A stretch of 64,000 nt of DNA from Nitrosopumilus sp. (GCA_965224195.1 OZ245040.1:480001-544000), one strand, 5' to 3'. Numbered from the stretch's first letter, positions 1-10,461 are shown. Made by a program: numbers and translations. Notes: generated from the sequence alone by a model not told the origin.

Positions 1-510
1 TGGTGGATATTCTAATCTAATTCGTACTGGAAATCTGCTTAACAATTGCGGTGGTAATTCTTTTGTTCCGTTGTGTGATAATGGGTTAATTGTTGAAACT
101 ACAAACCAATTTTCTTTTGCTTTGATAACTTCACCTGTTGACTCTTTTAAGACAATTTGACGTCTATCATCTAATGCTTCATCTAATCTAAGTAAAACAT
201 CTGCTTCTGCTGAATTAATTTCATCTAGGTAGAGCATATCTCCACTCTTCATTGATTTGATTAACAGACCTTCATCAAAACTGACTGTTCCATCTGTTAG
301 TGTCTTAGTACCCACTAAATGACTCTCTCTAGTCCTTAAACTAAAATTGATAGAGTCTAAATTGATATTTTTATTTTTGGCAAAATCTCTAACTAAGGAT
401 GTTTTTCCAGTTCCTTTTGGACCTATTATAAGCACAAAAAGACCTGCCTCGTATGCTTTGTTTAGAATTTGAATTGAATTGTTCCAGTCAAGATATTGAG
501 CTTCTTCCAA
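1..510 (-). CDS. MoxR/CbbQ-NirQ-type AAA+ ATPase (5' part, runs off window)
   Basis: Manual translation from TTG at 510: MEEAQYLDW...IIGPKGTGKT (Walker A)...MLYLDEIN (Walker B)...STINP...LLSRF; not in ORF track. Confidence 0.85.
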   Translation of the reverse strand, partial: MEEAQYLDWNNSIQILNKAYEAGLFVLIIGPKGTGKTSLVRDFAKNKNINLDSINFSLRTRESHLVGTKTLTDGTVSFDEGLLIKSMKSGDMLYLDEINSAEADVLLRLDEALDDRRQIVLKESTGEVIKAKENWFVVSTINPLSHNGTKELPPQLLSRFPVRIRLEYPP

Positions 511-550
511 AGTATGTTTTCAATGATTTCTACAATATTTAATATTAGAT

Positions 551-2008
551 CTAAGAATCAAATGATTCTATTTTTGTAAATGCTTCCTCTAGTCTTTGAT
601 GTAGTGTTTTATTCCATGCATCAAATCCTGATGGATCTTTTGGATAGTTGTTATAATGTTCAACCAACCATTGGTTCTCTTTAGAAGTATATCTGAGTCC
701 GTCTGCAACTGTTTTATTCATTGCACCTCTGATAATCATTCCAATTTTCCCTAATCCTGAAAAGTCTGGATGTTCACCTTTACTAATTGATTCAGCGTCA
801 AGTTTACCCAAAAAGTGTTTCATTCCATAACTGATTTGCTCATTAGACATTTGTTGTATTAATCGTCTAAAGAGTTCAAGACCTGCAGTTTTGTATCCAT
901 ACTCTTTGATGTAATCTAAATTGTATTGCCATAAACCTGCTTCAGAAACATCATTTGCTTCTAATGCTTGAGTTACATTATTTCCTAGAATTGTACCTGC
1001 AATTAAAGCAGGTCCTATACCGCCAGCATCAATTGGTTTTGGCATCCATGCTGAATCTCCAACCATCACGTAACCTCCTGATACCATGCAATCGTTTTGT
1101 CTTCTAACTGAAACTTGGAATACTCCTGAATTATTGTTAATGTCTTGTGATTCTTCTGATAATTTTGCATTTTTAATTGCAGTATTTCTGTAAAGATATT
1201 CTTTCATTAGTGATTCAACATTATCTTTTTTACCTAATCTTTTGTTTCTTTTATCTAAAAGAGATTTTTCAACTCCTAAACCAATGTTAACTTTAGTATC
1301 TCCTTTTGGAAATACCCATCCATATCCTCCCGGTGCGATATCTTGATCTAAATGAATAATACAATAATCTGGATCAAATTCAGTAAGATCTCTTTGACCT
1401 TTTTCAAAATGCATGATGTATCTTCCAGTCGATTCTAAATCTCTCTTATCGATTCTTTTTTCTACTTTAGTAGAGTTCTGAAGACCATTTCTAAGCATGG
1501 ATGTAACTCCTATTGCATCAATTACAATTTTTGATGTTTTTTTGAATGGTTGTTTTGTTTTGTTATCTACTCCTTGAATTCCAACTGCTTGTTGGCCTTT
1601 ATAAATTAAACCTGTAATATTAATTTCATATTCAAATTCAATACCCATTTTTTTACATCTTTCATTTTGAATTTCTGGTAATTTTTGACGATTTAACATA
1701 AATCCGTCACCATCAAAAGGAATTGAAGTTTCTTTATCTGGTGATAATGCCATGACTCCTTTTACGTCATGTTCGATTTCTGGTCTAGTCCATTCAACTT
1801 TGATTCTCTCTGTCATAAAATCAACTGCTTCTTTAGAGCATGCATCTCCACATACCCATCCAGCTAGTGATTTACGACCTGGTAAAAATTCTGTATTTCT
1901 ATCAACAACTAAGATTTTCAAATTTTGTTTTGAATAGTGAGAAATAGCTTGTGCCGTAATTGTACCTGTAAGGCCTCCTCCTGCAATTATAACATCATAA
2001 TCTGCCAC
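551..2008 (-). CDS. Geranylgeranyl reductase family FAD-dependent oxidoreductase
   Basis: N-terminal DVIIAGGGLTG FAD motif, PGGYGWVFPKG, VGDSA...PIDAGGI. Confidence 0.8.
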   Translation of the reverse strand: MADYDVIIAGGGLTGTITAQAISHYSKQNLKILVVDRNTEFLPGRKSLAGWVCGDACSKEAVDFMTERIKVEWTRPEIEHDVKGVMALSPDKETSIPFDGDGFMLNRQKLPEIQNERCKKMGIEFEYEINITGLIYKGQQAVGIQGVDNKTKQPFKKTSKIVIDAIGVTSMLRNGLQNSTKVEKRIDKRDLESTGRYIMHFEKGQRDLTEFDPDYCIIHLDQDIAPGGYGWVFPKGDTKVNIGLGVEKSLLDKRNKRLGKKDNVESLMKEYLYRNTAIKNAKLSEESQDINNNSGVFQVSVRRQNDCMVSGGYVMVGDSAWMPKPIDAGGIGPALIAGTILGNNVTQALEANDVSEAGLWQYNLDYIKEYGYKTAGLELFRRLIQQMSNEQISYGMKHFLGKLDAESISKGEHPDFSGLGKIGMIIRGAMNKTVADGLRYTSKENQWLVEHYNNYPKDPSGFDAWNKTLHQRLEEAFTKIESFDS

Positions 2009-2094
2009 GATATTGGGGTTTGTCTATCCGTATTTAAAATAATACCATGAAATAGTCTGCAAAATCGATAACTCAAAATTATTGATCGATAATA

Positions 2095-2164
2095 TGGGTC
2101 GGTTCGTCGCGGCGTCTTCAAAGCTTTCGCTCAGACTGGAGCGGCTAATATTTCCTCATTCCCA
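2095..2164 (-). ncRNA. Box C/D guide sRNA
   Basis: GC-rich island. Minus strand reads UGGG-A-AUGAGGA (C)-guide-CUGA (D')-GCGAAAGC hairpin-UUGAAGA (C')-guide-CCGA (D)-CCCA, with a terminal stem. Confidence 0.75.
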
Positions 2165-2194
2165 AATTGTGTAGTTGTTTTATTCCTATTTAAT

Positions 2195-2623
2195 CTAGTT
2201 GACCTTATCAAAAATTTCTGTAAATATTTTGATTGTATCTTTTTTGTTGTAAATGGGGGTGTGAATTTTTAATTTTATTGTCTCTTTTTCACTAACTATT
2301 AGATTACCTTTGATTAATCCCTGCTTGTCTAATCTCATGTGGAACTTAGAATCATCTGTTCTTTCTTCAATTTCTTCAGTTAATTCATTGATTTGTTCAA
2401 CTGGTAAGAGTTCAAGCATTTTACTCATTAAATTTTGAGCCTGTTTTTTTACAATTTTTGCCTTTAGCATGATGATTGGATTTTCATAATGTCCTTCCAC
2501 TTCTTCTCGTGTAAAATCATCTTCTTTCAAATTCAAAACATTTTCAAAAGATTGAAAAATTTTTGAAATATCTTCTGTTGCGTGAACAATTACGTCAATT
2601 ATAATTTCAATCTTACGTACCAT
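2195..2623 (-). CDS. Archaeal RNA-binding protein (COG1325-like, predicted exosome-associated)
   Basis: HATED, GHYENPI and RLDKQ motifs typical of this family. Confidence 0.75.
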   Translation of the reverse strand: MVRKIEIIIDVIVHATEDISKIFQSFENVLNLKEDDFTREEVEGHYENPIIMLKAKIVKKQAQNLMSKMLELLPVEQINELTEEIEERTDDSKFHMRLDKQGLIKGNLIVSEKETIKLKIHTPIYNKKDTIKIFTEIFDKVN

Positions 2624-2650
2624 GATATTGTAAAAGAATAACCCTATTGG

Positions 2651-3262
2651 CTATGCTTCTAGTAATTTTGTTTCTTTGTCTGCAGTTCTGATAAGTTTCA
2701 CTTTCTCTAGACCTACATGTCTTACTCTAATTACTCTCTTGAATGCTGCCATAATGTCTGAATTAATTTTACTGTAACATGTTGCTTGCACAAATTGATC
2801 AATTGTCATTTCTGGAATTGTTTTGTTAATTACCTCTTGAGCAATTAATCTAAGAGCATGCTGTCTGGATGTGTTTAGTTGTCTATGTGTTAGAGCCAAC
2901 AATTTAATTCTAAAGATATAGCCATCTTTAGTTTTGATATCAATAGAGAAATTAATTTTTGATGATCCTCTTCTTACTAAGCTGCGTAAAAATTCTTTTG
3001 AATATTCATATCTTTTGAAAATTGTTGTAGCTCTGTCTCCATCAATTTTGTGAATTTGGAAATAGATTTTGTATTGATGTTGTGAAGGATCTCCTTTTAA
3101 AATGTCATATAGTGTAACTTCAATGACTCTGCCTACTGCATTTTCGTCATCTGTAATTGGAACATATGCAATTGGGACATTGTTGAATGAATCTGGTGCA
3201 TATACTGTAACCCAGCGTTTTTCTCGCCACTTGTCCTTTACTCGACCTTTTCTACGTGCCAA
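2651..3262 (-). CDS. rps3ae: 30S ribosomal protein S3Ae (eS1)
   Basis: KDKWREKRWVTVYAP, GRVIEVTLYDI, RSLVRRGSSKI. Confidence 0.97.
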   Translation of the reverse strand: MARRKGRVKDKWREKRWVTVYAPDSFNNVPIAYVPITDDENAVGRVIEVTLYDILKGDPSQHQYKIYFQIHKIDGDRATTIFKRYEYSKEFLRSLVRRGSSKINFSIDIKTKDGYIFRIKLLALTHRQLNTSRQHALRLIAQEVINKTIPEMTIDQFVQATCYSKINSDIMAAFKRVIRVRHVGLEKVKLIRTADKETKLLEA

Positions 3263-3302
3263 TTATTAACGACCTTTGAATCCAAAATATAAGGGTATAT
3301 CA

Positions 3303-4568
3303 CTAGATCTCTTTCTGATTTCCCATGTAATTCTGTAAAACACTGGGAATTCTAATGTGGCCATCTTTAGTTTGGAAATTCTCCATTATTGATACCATCA
3401 CCCTGGTTGTGGCTATCAAAGTACTGTTTAGAGTGTGTAAGTATTGTGTATCTTCATTTGTTTTATCTCTAAATCTAATTTTCAATCTTCTTGCTTGATA
3501 ATCTAAACAGTTTGAACATGAAACAATTTCTCTGTATGCGTTTTGTCCTGCCATCCAAGCTTCAATGTCATATGTCTTTGCAGAAACCTTTCCCATATCT
3601 CCAGATGATAGTAACATTACTCTGTGAGGAATTTCCAAGCTTTGATAAAATTCTTCAGCTACTGCTAACATTTTTTCATGTTCCTTCCAAGAATCTTCAG
3701 GTCTTGAAAATACAAATTGTTCAATTTTGTCAAATTGATGAACTCTGAAAATTCCTTTCTGATCTCTTCCATGAGCTCCTGCTTCTTTTCTAAAACATGG
3801 GCTAACCCCTGCATATCTTAATGGTAGTTCTTTACCTTCTAGGATTTCTTTTGCCTTCATTGCTGCCATGGCGTGCTCAGATGTTCCTATCATGTATAGA
3901 TCTTCATCTTCAACTTTGTAAATTACCTCTTCAAAATCATCTGCAATTACAGCCCCCTCCATTGATTCTCGATTAATCATGTATGGAGGTTGAACAAGTG
4001 AATACTCTTTTTTTGCCAGAAAATCTAATCCATAGTGGATTAATGATTGATTCAATCTAACAAGGTCATTTTTCAAATAATAAAATCTAGCCCCTGCTAC
4101 TTTGGCAGCTCTTTCTAGGTCTACTAAATCTAAATTTTCAGAGATATCAATATGATCATTTATTTTAAAATCGAAATTTGGAATTTCTCCCCATTTTTTA
4201 ATTTCTTTGTTTGAATTTTCGTCTACTCCGATAGGAACTGATTCATGAACGAGGTTTGGAATTGTTAATGCTAATTTAGAATATGTTTTTTCAACTGATT
4301 CTTGTTCAGATTCTAGTTTTGATAGTTGAGATGAAACTTCTTTCATTTCTGATAAAATCGAAGATGCATCTTCTCCTGCTTTCTTTTTTTGAGAAATCTC
4401 TAAAGCAACTTGGTTTTTCTTTTTTCTTAATTCATCTGTTTTAAGAATAAATTCACGTCTTTTTTGATTCGATTCAATTAGTGTGTCTAAATCAAAATCA
4501 ATAGCTCTTGCTTTGAGCATATCTCGAATTACTTGCGGTTTCTCTTTGATTAGTTTAGGATCTAACAT
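3303..4568 (-). CDS. serS: Serine--tRNA ligase
   Basis: MLD start, N-terminal coiled coil, GTSE, FRKEAG...GIFRVHQF, EIVSCSNC. Confidence 0.97.
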   Translation of the reverse strand: MLDPKLIKEKPQVIRDMLKARAIDFDLDTLIESNQKRREFILKTDELRKKKNQVALEISQKKKAGEDASSILSEMKEVSSQLSKLESEQESVEKTYSKLALTIPNLVHESVPIGVDENSNKEIKKWGEIPNFDFKINDHIDISENLDLVDLERAAKVAGARFYYLKNDLVRLNQSLIHYGLDFLAKKEYSLVQPPYMINRESMEGAVIADDFEEVIYKVEDEDLYMIGTSEHAMAAMKAKEILEGKELPLRYAGVSPCFRKEAGAHGRDQKGIFRVHQFDKIEQFVFSRPEDSWKEHEKMLAVAEEFYQSLEIPHRVMLLSSGDMGKVSAKTYDIEAWMAGQNAYREIVSCSNCLDYQARRLKIRFRDKTNEDTQYLHTLNSTLIATTRVMVSIMENFQTKDGHIRIPSVLQNYMGNQKEI

Positions 4569-4810
4569 CACTCAATCACCTTTAGAGCGACTTGGATATG
4601 TTCCATGACTTCATCAACTGTACTTGTAAGCTGTTTCATATTCTTTTTACTTTTAAAATTAAAAACAAGTTTGTTATCAATATTTTCAACATAAAGACTC
4701 AATCCTTCTGGAAAATCTATGTTGTCTGGTTCTAAGGCTTTTTTCACGGTTTCAGCTTTTTCTTTTGATATATTATTGAGAATTACCTGAACTTGGCACG
4801 TTAATGACAT
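4568..4810 (-). CDS. pcc1: KEOPS complex Pcc1-like subunit
   Basis: 80 aa with ALEPDN motif, between the DHH gene and serS in the rps15 operon. Confidence 0.75.
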   Translation of the reverse strand: MSLTCQVQVILNNISKEKAETVKKALEPDNIDFPEGLSLYVENIDNKLVFNFKSKKNMKQLTSTVDEVMEHIQVALKVIE

Positions 4811-6194
4811 TTACTTCTAAATAGTTAAGAAATTCATCCAATTTGTCTTTAGTTATTTTGGCTCCTGCAGCAGCATTATGACCTCCTCCAATACCATCAA
4901 ATTTCTCGGCTCCATTTCTCATAATTTCACTGAGATTGATATCTGATGTACACCCAAAAGATTTCCTTGATGAGAACTTTATTGTATTCTCTTCTGCCTT
5001 TGTTCTCAATATTACAATTTTTCCAGAGTTTTTTGGTGAACCTGCAATTAATGATGAAATTGTTCCTGTCATTGTTTCTGGAACTATGTCTTCACCGTTT
5101 ACCATTATACATGTCTCACTTTCTGAAATTCTCCATCTTTCATTTGATAAAATATTCATGTATTCTCTAATCATTTTTCTATAATCTGTTAGAATGGTTT
5201 CTGCTTCTCGTAGAATTTTATTTCTATCTCCCATACATACTGCCATTCCAACTCCTGAACGATTAATTCTACCACAAGAGTTTAGCATAGTTGAAAATTC
5301 TCTTCCATCTCTTAGGAAACTTCTATTATCTTCCCTTGGAAATGTGTAGGTATATCCGATTAATTCTGACATTAGTTCAGTAGTATTTTTTCCAGATGCA
5401 AATTTTGTAATTGATTCAATAACTTGTCTTTTTTCCTCTTCATTAATCTCGGCTGGTACTCTCCATCTACCTTCTTCTTTGAGATTGACTCCTGATGATT
5501 TTAGTAATGAAAAACATGCTTCTCTATTCCAGGTTAGTCCTTCAATAAATGGTTGAGATGTAAATGCCAAGGCATCTGCAAGAGGCCTAGTCTCTCTTCC
5601 AACTAACAACAAGTCTAAATCAATTTCCACTAAACCTAATTCCTTAGCAGTATTTGCAATCTCATAATTTTTACCTGTAAATGATTTTCTCTCTCCTTGG
5701 TCTTGCCTATCGCCTAATGCAGAAACAACAGCTAATGCAGATAAATCTGAATTTCTTTCATCTAATGCTTCTGATGCTAGATACGCCATTCCTCCAGCAC
5801 AAATATCAGCTCCTCCATCAATTCCATACTTCCAAGAATTTATGACATTTTGATTATCTAATTCTTCATCTGGAATTTGATGATGATCTAAAACAATCCA
5901 ATTGTCTCCTAATGTTTTGTCTAGTTCATTTGCAAAACCTCCTCCTAGATCAGTTACTACATGAAAATCTCTAGAATCTTTTTTGAATGACTCTAGAACA
6001 TTCTTGCTAAATTCTTTTGATGTTCTAACTGTGCAATTGGCCCCTGCTCTGATTAGGGCTTTTGTAATAATACTGCCAGAAGTAAGTCCATCACAATCAA
6101 TATGTGTTGTAACTGAAATTGATTTTTTTGATTTTATACAATCTATAATTTTATCTTTGAAAAATGAAAGTGATTCATCTAGTGATTTTGTCAT
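4773..6194 (-). CDS. DHH family phosphoesterase (archaeal RecJ/Cdc45-like)
   Basis: HIDCDG, DLG, LDHH, C-terminal GGGHNAAAG (DHHA1). Confidence 0.92.
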   Translation of the reverse strand: MTKSLDESLSFFKDKIIDCIKSKKSISVTTHIDCDGLTSGSIITKALIRAGANCTVRTSKEFSKNVLESFKKDSRDFHVVTDLGGGFANELDKTLGDNWIVLDHHQIPDEELDNQNVINSWKYGIDGGADICAGGMAYLASEALDERNSDLSALAVVSALGDRQDQGERKSFTGKNYEIANTAKELGLVEIDLDLLLVGRETRPLADALAFTSQPFIEGLTWNREACFSLLKSSGVNLKEEGRWRVPAEINEEEKRQVIESITKFASGKNTTELMSELIGYTYTFPREDNRSFLRDGREFSTMLNSCGRINRSGVGMAVCMGDRNKILREAETILTDYRKMIREYMNILSNERWRISESETCIMVNGEDIVPETMTGTISSLIAGSPKNSGKIVILRTKAEENTIKFSSRKSFGCTSDINLSEIMRNGAEKFDGIGGGHNAAAGAKITKDKLDEFLNYLEVNVINVPSSGNSQ

Positions 6195-6643
6195 TACTCT
6201 AGTTGAGCAACCACGGATTTATACTTCCATGTTTTATCAATTCTTCCAATTCTTTTGTAATAGACTGATAGTCTGTGAACTTTGGCTTCAATTAATTCCA
6301 AAGATCTTACGTTTCTGTTATCTCCCTTGTTTGCTTTGAGGTGTTTTTGAAGACCAACTGCTTTTCTAACAATATTTTCAAGATCTTCAGGCATTTCAGC
6401 TTTCAAATCATTTTCCTCCAAAATTTGGCCCATACTCTTTTTGGTAATTGGTTTGATTAGTGAAATGGAATGTTGATCTCTCAGTTTAATTCCGATTTGA
6501 CTTGGAGTCAAACCATCTTTAGAATATTTAATTACTAATTCTTCAATTTCTACTGGACTTTGTGTGATCCATGATGGTGCACGAAGTGTAGCTGGTCTAA
6601 TGGAGTGTGATTTTCCATGTCTATGTGTGTGCATTCTTCCCAT
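6194..6643 (-). CDS. rps15: 30S ribosomal protein S15 (uS15)
   Basis: MGRMH...SQIGIKLRD...PEDL...LIEAKVHRL; true start is probably the ATG at 6643. Confidence 0.97.
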   Translation of the reverse strand: MGRMHTHRHGKSHSIRPATLRAPSWITQSPVEIEELVIKYSKDGLTPSQIGIKLRDQHSISLIKPITKKSMGQILEENDLKAEMPEDLENIVRKAVGLQKHLKANKGDNRNVRSLELIEAKVHRLSVYYKRIGRIDKTWKYKSVVAQLE

Positions 6644-6767
6644 GATTTGGCTCACCATAGAACAGAATTAAACGTTACTTATACTGATCTCGTACAATAT
6701 ACCAAAATTTGATGTTCAGAATAAAAGTTAAATAAGTCTCATCAGTCAAAACGAGCAGGTAAACCGT

Positions 6768-7100
6768 ATGAATACAAAAATACTTTTAGCAGCATCCTTA
6801 ATCGCTGTCTTCACTGTAGGACTCTATGCAGAAAGTGCAGTAGCATTTGCACAGTACATGGGTAACGTCGGTAGTGAAGGACAAACCGGATCATACACAT
6901 TAGAAGAAGCACTTGAGATTCAAACAAGAAGAATCGCATCAGCTGAAGCAAATCCAGCAGCTGGTTCAGGAACTCCATACATTAGTGCAGATGGTGTTGT
7001 TGGTGCAGCAGTTATTGCAGGTGCAGTGTTCGGTGGTATTGCAGGAGCCTTCTTTATTAAAGGAAGATCTGGCAAATACGCAGCAATGGGAAGAGGATAA
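6768..7100 (+). CDS. Signal peptide + C-terminal TM protein; candidate AMO accessory subunit AmoZ
   Basis: Signal peptide (AFA|Q), short soluble helix, C-terminal TM; lies between rps15 and amoB. Confidence 0.55.
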   Translation: MNTKILLAASLIAVFTVGLYAESAVAFAQYMGNVGSEGQTGSYTLEEALEIQTRRIASAEANPAAGSGTPYISADGVVGAAVIAGAVFGGIAGAFFIKGRSGKYAAMGRG

Positions 7101-7242
7101 AACAAACCCTCACTTTTCTCTTATTTTATTATATGTTCTTAGTGAATACTAAGATCAAATTTCTCTCTCCTGATGAATACTGATCTCGCACTTTATGATA
7201 ATAAAAGAAATGTATATATCGTAGAAATAGTCGAAAAATATC

Positions 7243-7512
7243 ATGATTCCTATCGTAGGTACTTTCCTAAGCATCCTGTCTTCAATTACAGGACAACTAG
7301 GACCAAACTATGATCCATTATTCTATGATGTAATGATTTACATCTTCGGAACCATTATGTTCACGGTATTCCTTCTTGGAGTTATCTCATTCTGGTTGCG
7401 TGTACACGGCTGGGCTTACAAAGACAACCGTGAGAGATGGGTTGATGAATTAGACAGACACTTTGAAAGAGAAGGTATCGGTCTCATTCCAGACAACGGT
7501 AAATACTGGTAA
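7243..7512 (+). CDS. Small membrane protein; candidate AMO accessory subunit AmoY
   Basis: TM helix followed by WLRVHGWAY; adjacent to the previous gene and near amoB. Confidence 0.55.
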   Translation: MIPIVGTFLSILSSITGQLGPNYDPLFYDVMIYIFGTIMFTVFLLGVISFWLRVHGWAYKDNRERWVDELDRHFEREGIGLIPDNGKYW

Positions 7513-7613
7513 AATTACCAACTTTCATCTTTTCATTATTTTTAATATCCTTTAGTGAAAACTATGGAATTTTTACATTCTAATAATTACTAATTCTTAC
7601 AAAGTCCACAATA

Positions 7614-8147
7614 CTAGTTTTCTAATTCTGGGAGGAAGTCTTTGTCTTTGGATGAATCATAATCCTTTGTAGTAAATACTCCTTTGTAGTGATATCCGTC
7701 TTGTAATGGGGTATTGCTGAATTGTGATGATTCTTTATCATTGACATAGAATGTTGATTTGTCTTGATCCATGTCTCTTAGAGGGAATTCCCACATCCAC
7801 AAAAAGTGACCAATTTCCCATGAATAATCTTCTTCCCATTCAACATAGATGGTTCCATCGTCTGTTAGAGTGTACATTGTTCTTTTACATTCTCCATCAA
7901 TTAATCCCGCATTGATATTTGCAGGAATTGGTGTTGGAAGACCATCAATAATTAACTCCAAAGTGATCTTCATTTTGTAAGGTGTTTCTCTATCATCAAT
8001 ACAGACTTTGAGAGGATTATCTTGATTTAATTGACTTTGAATGACAGTATTACCTAATCCTATTGATACTGCTATGATTGCAGATATCAAAAGAAATCTA
8101 ATAGTTTTCTTTTTCTTGTATGGATCCCCCATTCCAGGATATTTCAT
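7614..8147 (-). CDS. Membrane-anchored hypothetical protein
   Basis: Basic N-terminus + TM; IPANI...C..MYT..DDGTIYVE motif; start probably MKYPG (8147) rather than 8216. Confidence 0.6.
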   Translation of the reverse strand: MKYPGMGDPYKKKKTIRFLLISAIIAVSIGLGNTVIQSQLNQDNPLKVCIDDRETPYKMKITLELIIDGLPTPIPANINAGLIDGECKRTMYTLTDDGTIYVEWEEDYSWEIGHFLWMWEFPLRDMDQDKSTFYVNDKESSQFSNTPLQDGYHYKGVFTTKDYDSSKDKDFLPELEN

Positions 8148-8185
8148 CGTGATGACTTTGACCAGATTCCTTAAAGTCCTTTCTC

Positions 8186-8500
8186 TTATTCGTACATAAT
8201 TTCGATTGTATCGCATTGATCCTGATGGTCTGCAAGAAAATACGTTATTTCATCTGAATCAATTTCCAACCATTCTGATTCTCCCTTGTAGGGAAGATAA
8301 TCTTCAATAAACAAATCCCCTTTTCCTGATACTCTAACAACAATTTTTTCATTTTTTGGTTTTATCTCAAAAGGTAATTTTAGAACTTTTCCCCTTCTTT
8401 GATTTTGAATATTAACTTTATATTTGTCAGAACGGAATTTTGTTTCTCCAAAAAAATAACTTTGAAAAATATCTAATTTTGTTATCTTGAAACTTAGCAT
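8186..8500 (-). CDS. Hypothetical protein
   Basis: 104-aa ORF with normal composition downstream of amoB. Confidence 0.6.
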   Translation of the reverse strand: MLSFKITKLDIFQSYFFGETKFRSDKYKVNIQNQRRGKVLKLPFEIKPKNEKIVVRVSGKGDLFIEDYLPYKGESEWLEIDSDEITYFLADHQDQCDTIEIMYE

Positions 8501-8596
8501 ATTTTCATTATTGTTTTCTAGAAGATAAAACTTGGTTTATTGTTTTACGGAAACCGTAAAGAAGAATCTAATAAATGAAAAGGAAAAGTGGGTTGT

Positions 8597-9166
8597 TTAA
8601 ATTACTTGCCAGGGTCGTGTTGCAAACGTAATGACATATCCAACACCGATAATAATTGATTGATATGCGATGTTAGTATATGGGATTGGTTTGATAATTG
8701 GATCTCCTTCAACTACTACTGTTTGACCTGGACCAAGTCCTGGACCAACTTTTGCTACGTTGAGTTGGGTGTGTACGTGGTATACACCTGCTTCAAGTGC
8801 TTTGGCAGATAGTGAGTAATCGATGACTGAGTTACCTGAAATGTCAAAGACGTTTCCTGGTGGATCTCTTGCCAGCATCTCCCATCTATTACCTGCGTTG
8901 GTTGACTCTGTGAAAATTGATAGCCATCCTCTTAGGTCTCTTTCTACTAAACTAACTAAAGTTCCTTGAACTGTCAAGGTTTCGCCAGTTTGTAGGGATT
9001 GTCTGTTGAAGGTTTCATCCTCAATTCTGATGAAACGACTCTGGAGTTGTGCTTGGACACCGTGTGCATCTGCAGTTGGAAGTACGGATTCAACCCAGTT
9101 GAAACCTAAAGTTCCTAGTGCAAGTACTACAGCTAGTCCAAATACGAAAATTCTTTTTTCGACCAT
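8597..9166 (-). CDS. amoB: Ammonia monooxygenase subunit B
   Basis: Signal peptide then AHGVQAQLQSRF, YHVHTQLNV; 189 aa from ATG at 9166. Confidence 0.97.
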   Translation of the reverse strand: MVEKRIFVFGLAVVLALGTLGFNWVESVLPTADAHGVQAQLQSRFIRIEDETFNRQSLQTGETLTVQGTLVSLVERDLRGWLSIFTESTNAGNRWEMLARDPPGNVFDISGNSVIDYSLSAKALEAGVYHVHTQLNVAKVGPGLGPGQTVVVEGDPIIKPIPYTNIAYQSIIIGVGYVITFATRPWQVI

Positions 9167-9419
9167 AGTTATCCCTAAAGTCAGGAAACAAAACACGTCG
9201 TTATATGTTTTACCTTGACAACGAGGATCGATATTAAATTCAATGTATATCATTGATGTATAACACTGAAATTGATAAAAAAATGGACTAAATTATGATA
9301 TTTTAAATGTAAGAATATGTAATATTTCTATATTATTTCTATAGAATTATAATAAATTGGAAAAAATTAGCATCTTCTAAAACTCTTACTTTATATTCCG
9401 AATTCACGTGATGATATAC

Positions 9420-9983
9420 ATGGCACAGATGCCCGCATTAATCCCAAAAGAAGTTGAGATCCAGAGACTAAAGAAAGTCTGGCTCATCGTTATTGCTATG
9501 GGTTCTACTGCAGCATCAGTCGAAGTTGATAACTTCGTTGATGGTTCTTTGCATCAAACCTCTATCAGAGATAGTGCTTTCACACCAGCACACTGGTGGC
9601 TATATTCCCACTTCATCACATTACCACTTGGATGGGGAGCAGCAGCAATCTATGATAGAAAAATCCCAGTTCTTAGAGGCCCAAATAATTCAATGAACAC
9701 TGGATTGAAGATGACCATTCTTGGTTACCTTGCAACCATGTTTACAATTGGTATCAATGAGATGTGGCATTTCTGGTTTGTAGAAGAAATCTTTGCAGTT
9801 CCAAACCATTGGATGTTTAACATGGGAGTCGTAGTGGCTTTCATGGGTGCACTAGCATACGTAGTTAGAGTATATGCTCGACTCGTAGAACTTGGTGCAG
9901 AAACTCCTGGAGAAAACCCATACGTTGCAGAGATGTACAAGATGGCTTTAGAAGGCAAATTGTACAGCAGAGCAATTCCTTAG
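9420..9983 (+). CDS. amoC: Ammonia monooxygenase subunit C
   Basis: MAQMPALIPKEVEIQRLKK, DGSLHQTSIRDSAFTPAH, NEMWHFWFVEEIFAVPNHW. Confidence 0.98.
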   Translation: MAQMPALIPKEVEIQRLKKVWLIVIAMGSTAASVEVDNFVDGSLHQTSIRDSAFTPAHWWLYSHFITLPLGWGAAAIYDRKIPVLRGPNNSMNTGLKMTILGYLATMFTIGINEMWHFWFVEEIFAVPNHWMFNMGVVVAFMGALAYVVRVYARLVELGAETPGENPYVAEMYKMALEGKLYSRAIP

Positions 9984-10098
9984 AAAAAGTGCATTAGCAC
10001 ATTTTTTATTTTTATTATTTTTTATAAAGCCGTAGATCGTACTTGGCCCCATTGATTAAGAAAGACTTAAAAGGATTCTGAAATAGAATAATTCCATA

Positions 10099-10461
10099 AT
10101 GACTCTTCCTAAAGGATTTGGTTCTGGCGGTGCTGGCGGATCATCTAGCGCTGACGTAGAACGAATGATTGGTAGACGCGTTGAAAATATGACTGGAATG
10201 ATAACTCTTTCATTCTGGGCAGCATGGTTAGCAACATTTGCTGGTACTGCAGCAGGATACTTCTATTATCCTTGGGCATATCCAACTCCAAGTGGTCACT
10301 TTGCATTCATCGTATTGACAATCATTGAGGCAATAGGTTACATCTTCTGTGTTAAGGTCATGGAAGAAGGTTCCAACAAGAATAGTAATGGTATTGTAGC
10401 AGGCAGTATTGGTGCAGTTACAGTAGGTACTATCTTCATATCAATGTACGTTGGTAACTAG
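10099..10461 (+). CDS. amoX: Ammonia monooxygenase subunit X
   Basis: Three-TM protein MTLPKGFGSG... between amoC and amoA. Confidence 0.9.
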   Translation: MTLPKGFGSGGAGGSSSADVERMIGRRVENMTGMITLSFWAAWLATFAGTAAGYFYYPWAYPTPSGHFAFIVLTIIEAIGYIFCVKVMEEGSNKNSNGIVAGSIGAVTVGTIFISMYVGN

